From contig CAXHJY010000989.1 in the NCBI GenBank assembly GCA_964016885.1, forward strand, positions 1 to 19,276: 19,276 nucleotides of DNA, written 5' to 3'. Shown in pieces: positions 11,877 through 19,276 of the stretch; within the stretch, counting starts at the first letter, position 1, and each line of letters opens with the position of its first letter. Made by a program: the position numbers and the translations under genes. Under the pieces are notes generated by a model that worked only from the letters and a program-made list of their open reading frames with translations, had not been told where the DNA came from and did no database searches. This DNA is from Eledone cirrhosa (Eukaryota).

Positions 11877-12165
11877 GTATATATATGTATATATATGTAT
11901 ATGTATATATATGTATATATATGTATATATATGTATATATATGTATATGTATATATATGTATATGTATATATATATATGTATATATGTATATGTATATAT
12001 ATATATATGTATATATGTATATGTATATATATGTATATGTATGTATATGTATATATATATATATGTATGTATATATATATGTATATATATGTATATATAT
12101 GTATGTATATATATATGTATGTATATATATATGTATGTATATATATATGTATGTATATATATATG

Positions 12166-12212
<47 letters not shown>

Positions 12213-12615
12213 GTATATATATATATGTATGCATATATGTATATATATATGTATGCATATATGTATATATATGTATGCATATATGTATATATATGTATGC
12301 ATATATGTATATATATGTATGCATATATGTATATATATGTATGCATATATGTATATATATGTATGCATATATGTATATATATGTATGCATATATGTATAT
12401 ATATGTATGCATATATGTATATATATGTATGCATATATGTATATATATATATGTATATATATATGTATGTATGTGTATATATATATGTATGTATGTGTGT
12501 ATATATATATGTATGTATGTGTGTATATATATATATGTATGTATGTGTGTATATATATATGTATGTATGTATGTGTGTATATATATATGTATGTATGTAT
12601 GTGTATATGTATGTA

Positions 12616-12650
<35 letters not shown>

Positions 12651-12853
12651 GTGTATATGTATGTATGTATGTATGTGTGTGTATATGTATGTATGTATGT
12701 ATGTGTATATGTATGTATGTGTATATATGTATGTATGTATGTATATGTATGTATGTATATATGTATGTATATATGTATGTATGTATATATATATGTATGT
12801 ATATATATATGTATGTATATATGTATGTATGTATGTATATGTATGTATGTATG

Positions 12854-12885
<32 letters not shown>

Positions 12886-13040
12886 TGTATGTATGTATGT
12901 ATGTATGTATGTATGTATGTATGTATGTATGTATATATGTATGTATGTGTATGTATGTGTATGTATGTGTATGTATGTGTATGTATGTATGTATGTATGC
13001 ATGTGTATGTATATGTATGTATGTATATGTATTTATGTAT
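10714..13040. repeat. ~2.3-kb compound microsatellite grading from (TA)nTG to (ATGT)n
   Basis: Direct reading; source of the 807/812-aa low-complexity ORFs. Confidence 0.97.
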
Positions 13041-13437
13041 GGCCACCTCCATATTATATGGTGGGTTATACCAACAAATGCGACGGGATGTATTTCTTCT
13101 CGGTCTATTTTCGTACTCTGTATCTGCTACCTTATCGACAAATCCACTCCGAGCAAGAGCTTCATTGTAATAAGTGGAATGGTCGTTGAAAATATGCTCG
13201 TTAGTAGATAGACGGGAAAGTCTCTACGAAACGTTTCTTACCAGGTTCTCGGTTATGCTGGCAGGATGGTTGGAATGAATACTTATGTAATTAAGCGTAT
13301 CATTCGGCTTTCTATACGGGTAATACAACCCATTCAATAAATTGAGGGTAACGTCGAGGTAATTAACGACCGAGAGATTGGCCTCAAGTTGATGTCATCC
13401 TCAATGCCCGTAAGTCGGTGATTAATTTCGACGACTC
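13041..13437 (-). mobile_element. Penelope-like element RT C-terminal/thumb-linker fragment (pseudogenised)
   Basis: Manual minus-strand translation with frameshifts and a stop at 13224-13226: [81 protein letters not shown]...[15 protein letters not shown]. The YLDV, PYRKP, SNHP and W.NPP motifs are PLE-type. Confidence 0.85.
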
Positions 13438-13500
13438 TATAAATGGGCATAACTCTATGCTGGAAAGCATGGCGTCCGTCCCTCTACCGATACTGTCAAT
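13438..13500 (-). mobile_element. SINE head fragment (tRNA-like A-box region)
   Basis: Reverse complement ATTGACAGTATCGGTAGAGGGACGGACGCCATGCTTTCCAGCA matches 14459 onward. Confidence 0.8.
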
Positions 13501-13834
13501 CTACCAATATCGAGAAGAATGCCTCAAGATATCCATTGTATTCTCTTTCCTTTCTTTTGAAAAATAGGTCGTAACACCGAAATATCACGGAGTATGAAAT
13601 AAAATTGCGATTTGTTATGTTGATCTTCTCTTACTATGCAATCATGTTCAATAATTTGTTTCTAAATCGAATGGCACTAGCTCTCTCTCAAATCAAATCT
13701 AAACAAATACACATAAAACACACTCATATAGACAATAACAGACATACACATACATGTACGCACACAAAGACACTCGAACAACCACAAAAACATAAATAAG
13801 ATATACATATATAATATATTACAACAGTTAATAC

Positions 13835-14005
13835 GCACACACCACACACACACATACACACATACACACATACACACATACACACTCACATATATATATA
13901 TACACACATACACACTCACATATATATATACACATATATATATACACATATATATATACACATATATATATACACACATATATATACACATATATATATA
14001 CACAC

Positions 14006-14040
<35 letters not shown>

Positions 14041-14390
14041 CATACATATATACGTACATATATACGTACATATATATATATGTATATATTTGTATATATA
14101 TATATATATATATGTGTATATATATATATATATATGTGTATATATATATATATATATGTGTATATATATATATATATATGTGTATATATATATATATATA
14201 TGTGTATATATATATATATATGTGTATATATATATATATATATGTGTATATATATATATATATATATGTGTATATATATATATATATATATGTGTATATA
14301 TATATATATATGTGTATATATATATATATATGTGTATATATATATATATATGTGTATATATATATGTGTATATATATATATATATATAAA
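13835..14390. repeat. Compound microsatellite switching from CA/TA to TG/TA near 14075
   Basis: Direct reading. Confidence 0.93.
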
Positions 14391-14458
14391 TGTATAAGGC
14401 AAACAGATTAAATGATCGAATTTAAAACGAACCCATTAATAGTATTTCTGACAGCATT

Positions 14459-14643
14459 ATTGGCAGTATCGGTAGAGGGTCGGACGCCATGCTTTTCAGC
14501 AAAGTTACGCCCCTTTACGGTCTGAGTTCAAATGCCGTCGGGGTTAACTTTGCCTTTCATACTTACGGGTTCGATAAAATAATGTACCAGTAATGTACTG
14601 GGTAATTGCTGGCCTTGTGCCAACAGTAGAAACAATTAATAAT
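14459..14643 (+). mobile_element. Near full-length tRNA-derived SINE
   Basis: A-box-like TGGCAGTATCGG at 14461, B-box-like GAGTTCAAATGCC 14524-14536, core and tail shared with 7203-7330. Confidence 0.85.
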
Positions 14644-14837
14644 ATTTCCAGGCATATGAAACTGATAACATGAAATCTAGTATACTCAATGAAATTACAC
14701 AACAGTTAAATTTTGACAAGTTACGATAATAGGTTTATTATAGGTATAATAGAAGTATTATAGAAAATGCTATTAAACATATTGTAATTTAATATCAATG
14801 GACAGTAATACAGATACACAGACAAACACACATATAC

Positions 14838-14872
<35 letters not shown>

Positions 14873-14877
<5 letters not shown>

Positions 14878-14944
14878 ATAATAATAAATTTGAAGACTAA
14901 AATCCAAAGAGGGCTCGATTCTTTGCTTAAACTTTAATCTGTTA

Positions 14945-14952
<8 letters not shown>
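14873..14952 (-). mobile_element. Internally deleted copy of the 10445-10713 repeat
   Basis: Identical ends joined at CGAT (14916-14919); flanked by (TA)n on both sides. Confidence 0.9.
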
Positions 14953-14993
<41 letters not shown>

Positions 14994-15029
14994 GTATGAT
15001 TCCATATGCAAACCAAGAAGAAGAATTTA

Positions 15030-15192
15030 CCGTATTTGCCGACCTATTGGATGCACTCCCCCCCCCCCCAACACACAAAAAAACATGAAAAATCGTCCCT
15101 GTTCCAGCACGCTTTTTCCTCCGATTGTTGACTGATCTTATACTACATCATTTCAGAATATTGAAATTGCTCAATATATCCGAAAAATACGC
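15030..15192. mobile_element. Possible Tc1/mariner-superfamily MITE (CCGTATTT-type TIRs)
   Basis: Left TA-CCGTATTTGCCG, right CCGAAAAATACG; imperfect TIRs, right TA not intact. Confidence 0.4.
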
Positions 15193-15452
15193 CTCTATGA
15201 GTGATAACATTCGTTAAAAGCTTCTTTTTTGTGAGGAAAATCCCGGAACCGGAACCAGTGATGACATTAAATCCAAATAATTGTTGGTGCCAACAATATC
15301 TTTGCTAGAATAATATGAAAAGAACTGTTGAAGGAATCAATGAAATCTAAACGCTAAACTGCTAAGATAACGTCAGTACCTTTATACATCTCTACAAATT
15401 TTAAGATGTTAACTCTGTGACTATGTTGGCTTACAATGTTTACAAATCATCC

Positions 15453-15479
15453 CAGTAGAATGAAGGGTTCATTCTACTG
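15453..15479. repeat. Perfect 12-bp hairpin CAGTAGAATGAA-GGG-TTCATTCTACTG
   Basis: Direct reading. Confidence 0.85.
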
Positions 15480-15678
15480 ACATAGCTATAAAATTGAGGC
15501 TTGTTTGCATAATTGCAAACGAATCGAATGTTGTTATTACTATTCGAAAAACTCAGATTACATTTATTGTATTCAGCCATTTAGAGCGAACATTTTGTTA
15601 TATAATGGAGTTGTGGTAAGGAACCAGATGGACCATAACGCACCATAGTACTCAATACTTAGGGTAGTAGAGTGGGTA

Positions 15679-15793
15679 ATAAGAGAAAGTATGACTCGAC
15701 GGCAGAGCTCAAGCCGTTTCGACGGCTATTTCAGTCCAGAAATAGCCGTCGAAACGGCTTGAGCTCTGCCGTCGGGGTCATACTTTCTCTTAT
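15679..15793. repeat. 115-bp inverted repeat (54/55-nt arms, 6-nt loop AGTCCA) containing the 3' half of a hammerhead
   Basis: Arms 15679-15732 and 15739-15793 differ only at GAGTC vs GGGGTC; the right end abuts a TA tract. Confidence 0.93.
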
Positions 15794-16784
15794 ATATACA
15801 TATATATATATATGAACAGTTGTGTGGTTGCTTAATCTATGAATGAGTTTAGAAAAGCATACAACCTAACACAGTGTATTCGCCAATTAGTAAAAAAACA
15901 ATTCACAACTCGTTTCTGGTCCCACAGATCTAAAAACACATACGGTTATATTAGCATTAACCTAATAAAAATGAAATGAAAATTAAAACAAAACCTTATG
16001 GAAGTGAAGATAAATTAGTGCAAATTGTTACACATTGGAAAAAACATACATTTGGAAGCATTGAAAATACTGACAATCATATTGAACATAACGTTAAGGT
16101 TGACGACGAGATTACAAAAAATAGCAAATTCTCTTCAATTATATATAAAAAATACAATTTTTTCTTCAATTTTTCTCTCCTCAATGTTATGTTATGCTCT
16201 TCAATTTTCCATATATTTTCTGGGGTTATTCTAGTTAAAAGTATTTTTATTTAGAAATTCAAATATTAATACGATTATCCACTTGTCTAAGAATGCTATG
16301 TCAACAGTCTTCTCTTAAATTTGTTTCTTGCATGGATTCAATTCATACAATATGTAGATTTAGATATTGAATAATAAATAAATAAATACTGAAAGATTTG
16401 TAACCTTTTACTATTATTTCCATTAATTTTTCCAGACTTCCTGTCCTCGTTTCTTCGAAAGTGTATCCATGCTATTAAATTAGATCTTTCATAGAAAGCA
16501 ACAATCGTTCAAAATTAATATCCGATGCGATTTCCTCATTTTAAATAAATAAAATCAAATATATAAGGAATAGAATTAATACAATGAGAATACATATTCA
16601 TTGGTTTCTTTCACCCACGCGTTCAATCGTATGCACTTATACATAAAAATACGTAAACAGTTATTCTCTGAGATGGAAGATTCGACTTGCACACGCACGC
16701 ACGCATGCGCGCGATAATTGTAGAGAAATCGATTGTTATTCAAGTATTCGTGGAAACGTTAGAGAGTATGCCATTTGTATATGT

Positions 16785-16975
16785 TCTTGGTGCCCTAAGC
16801 TCAGCTCCCGCCGGGCCCGTGTGTGCCTTTTATATTTTTTTGACTGCTGGTGCCCTTACCTCAGCTCCCGCTTACCCCATGTGTGCCGTTTGTATTTATT
16901 CTAACTCTTGGCGCCCATAGCTCAGCTCCCACAGAGCCCGTGTGTGCCTTTTATCGTTTCGGGTCGATAAAATGT
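16785..16975 (+). repeat. Three ~60-bp tandem units inside a diverged SINE
   Basis: Units start near 16785, 16846 and 16906 (TGGTGCCC..AGCTCAGCTCCCGC...GTGTGCC); the last runs into the SINE core GCCTTTTATCGTTTCGGGTCGATAAAATG. Confidence 0.75.
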
Positions 16976-17188
16976 AGTATTAACCTCAGCGTACATAGTC
17001 CGGGGGACCGGGCAATATTTATTCCTTTACTTTGCATTATAATTTGGTGTGTACATTACTGTAGGTGTGTATGTGTGTACGTGTACATCCATATTCATAT
17101 CAAATACTAATGACTGTCTACGTTATTAGTTTTTCCCACGGGAATGGAGGATTGTTCTGTGCATCACGATCACTTACAGACGAGAAAT

Positions 17189-17650
17189 TCTCCTTCTTGT
17201 CGACAAGTGTCAGTTACAAAGCATGGGTGTCAGTTACAAAGCATGGGTGTGGTTCCGCCGCAGCTGAACACTTTATCCTTTCTCATGAAACTCTGCCAAG
17301 TCCAATGTTGTGCAGGTGTGTTCCAGCAAGCGACATATGAGGAGGTTCTGCGTAGTCTGTGGTTCGATGCTGCAATCACGCGCAACGTCCCAATCCTTTA
17401 AATATTCCCATTTTGCAAGAGTGACATTTGCACGTCCAACACCAAATCTTAGTTTGTTGAGGCATTTCCACGCTGAATAGTTTTTATATGTTCCAGGGAA
17501 ATGTGTCTTGCTTGCCTTTAGCTCCATTATTGATACTCAAGAGCGAGTGACTCTTTCACTACTTATGCTTGATGTTCTAAGGGGCATGACACTCTTTAGG
17601 AAATCCTTCATGGATTTAAAGCGGCTTCTATCTGTCTCTTGGCCGAAGAT
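17189..17650 (-). mobile_element. 5'-truncated Vingi/Ingi-like non-LTR retrotransposon 3' end
   Basis: IFGQETDRSRFKSMKDFL... then WKCLNKLRFGVGRANVTLAKWEY...DCSIEPQTTQNLLIC...CTTLDL, matching the W..LNRLR.G..R....KWG..C.CG..QT..HLL.C..CT..DL C-terminus; GAA-like tail; GAGAAAT direct repeats at 17182-17188 and 17651-17657. Confidence 0.8.
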
Positions 17651-19189
17651 GAGAAATAACGTACGGTTATACAAATACACAAATATAATACGTGAAATAA
17701 TTTCCCATTGACTCTGGATTCGAGTCACATACTCTGTTACTATAGAGTTGAAGTAAGCTACGATAAAAATGCAGGTTGTCTTCACTATATCATATCAGAG
17801 GGTGAGTGAAAATCTGCTCAATACAACGCTAACATAGCTAACTATGTAATTCATGATGATTAACTACGTGGGAGAGTATCGTCAGAGTCTCTTCAGCTAT
17901 GTACCATAACTCTTTTACGTCGTTAGTCATTAATGTATGATGGATATCAAATGCCATAATATTATATCAACTTCTGTACTAGATTGATGTTACCACTGAA
18001 TAATATACAGCTCCTGCAGTATAAAATATAGTCTTCACAGACTGCTGAGAGAAAATTTGCCAATGAATTTCAACGCATGCGTACATTGATATTAATGTAG
18101 AATTAATATTGAACAAAGTTATATTCAATCATTTCACCCAGTATATTCTGCAGTAATCATTTTATTAATTTACGATTTATTTTCTTTTTGCAAAAATACA
18201 AAAAAAACAAAACATGCTTGATAAAATTCTGACAAGTACCGCACGGACTAGAAGCTATAAATAAAATTCTACGAGATTAAAACGGAATATCCTAATAATT
18301 AAATCATTTATTTTATGAGTGCCTTTACGTTATTGGACATAATAAAAAGAAAGCTTGGTGCGTCTATAGTCGACTGACAACGTTTATGATTCAGTTATGA
18401 ACATCTGACATCTACCCACAAGCCAAATGTCAAACATATATAACTAATTCACAAAGGATTCTCTCTTTTCAGTTATTTCTTTCGCAGTTCACAGGTCTAC
18501 ACGAGAATGATTCAACTAAATTAAATCTTTATCGGGTTATTAGTCAGCGAAAATATTTCCCTGCTCTTTGACAGCCGACATGTAACTCAGGGCCATATCT
18601 AACTGTTAGTGAATGAAACGCTCTGGGAAATGCAGCTAATTAAATTAAAAGCTCGTGTATTATTCCAATCGTAAATCAAATTATTAAAGGCACATAGAAA
18701 AAGAATATTGTAGTTGCCATTATCGGCTCTAAATTTCTACAGGGACTGTTGATTATAATCAATTCTTAATATTGATTTCTAGGTTAGGAAATCTCTACTT
18801 TCCCTGATATTTTCTACGTAATCATCTAATAAAATTTGATAAACATTGCTTTACAGAAGATCCGTATGCATGGATGTGAGTGCACATAATATATCTACAT
18901 TAAATGCATTCAATAGTTTCACCATACGATTCTAACCATATAACTATATATATATAGATCACAAGTTACAAAAAGAAAATTAATAAAAAAGAAGGTAGGA
19001 TAGTGAGCCGTTGAAGGGTGCAATGAAGTGGAAAGACGAAGAGACGATTTGATTGAATCTAACGATCGATTAAGGAATAAACCAGTAATATTGTTAACAC
19101 ACATAAAATGTTCATTCATGTGAGATTAGTGTGATATGTTCATATGTATTTAAGGCCTTTGTGTACAGCTTGTTATAAACACCAGAAAG

Positions 19190-19190
<1 letters not shown>

Positions 19191-19231
<41 letters not shown>
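19191..19231. repeat. (TA)n microsatellite
   Basis: Direct reading. Confidence 0.9.
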
Positions 19232-19234
<3 letters not shown>

Positions 19235-19276
19235 TATGGTATGTGCCTGCTGGAGGCCCAAAATCATATCTTCGAC

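Noticed and set aside
10708-13211. ORFs up to 812 aa
   Set aside because: Same microsatellite artefact.
13205-13237. Hairpin followed by GAAACGTTTC
   Set aside because: No CTGANGA, and it lies within the PLE coding fragment on the other strand.
10445-13437. One PLE split by the microsatellite (RT fragment plus HHR end, both minus strand)
   Set aside because: The intervening linker/endonuclease sequence is absent, and the 10445 piece occurs independently at 14873.
14459-14540. tRNA gene
   Set aside because: A/B-box-like motifs only, wide spacing, no cloverleaf, continues into the SINE body.
16785-16955. CRISPR-like repeat array
   Set aside because: The units are contiguous diverged tandem copies without unique spacers, in eukaryotic context with no cas genes.

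Overview
Non-coding, very AT-rich eukaryotic DNA. The repeat families resemble those I recall from octopus/cephalopod genomes (inference). Roughly a third of the window is compound (TA)n-based microsatellite, and nearly all long ORFs in the track are artefacts of it. No intact host gene is supported. Between the microsatellites are decayed transposons: two RTE-clade LINE 3' ends, a Vingi-like LINE 3' end with a candidate TSD, a Penelope-like (PLE) RT-thumb fragment missed by the ORF track, several tRNA-derived SINE copies, a duplicated RTE-like 5' leader and two probable Tc1/mariner remnants. The most interesting signal is a set of hammerhead-ribozyme (HHR) motifs in short inserts within or beside (TA)n tracts. 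One has a ~117-nt G-U-rich stem II and is duplicated as a 422-bp spacerless palindrome whose axis lies at the 5' edge of stem I (1837-2258). The others are a minimal HHR (2484-2519), a fold-back 'half' HHR (15679-15793) and a degenerate minus-strand HHR (10540-10598). They look like PLE pseudo-LTR derivatives with ribozyme-linked fold-back duplications.
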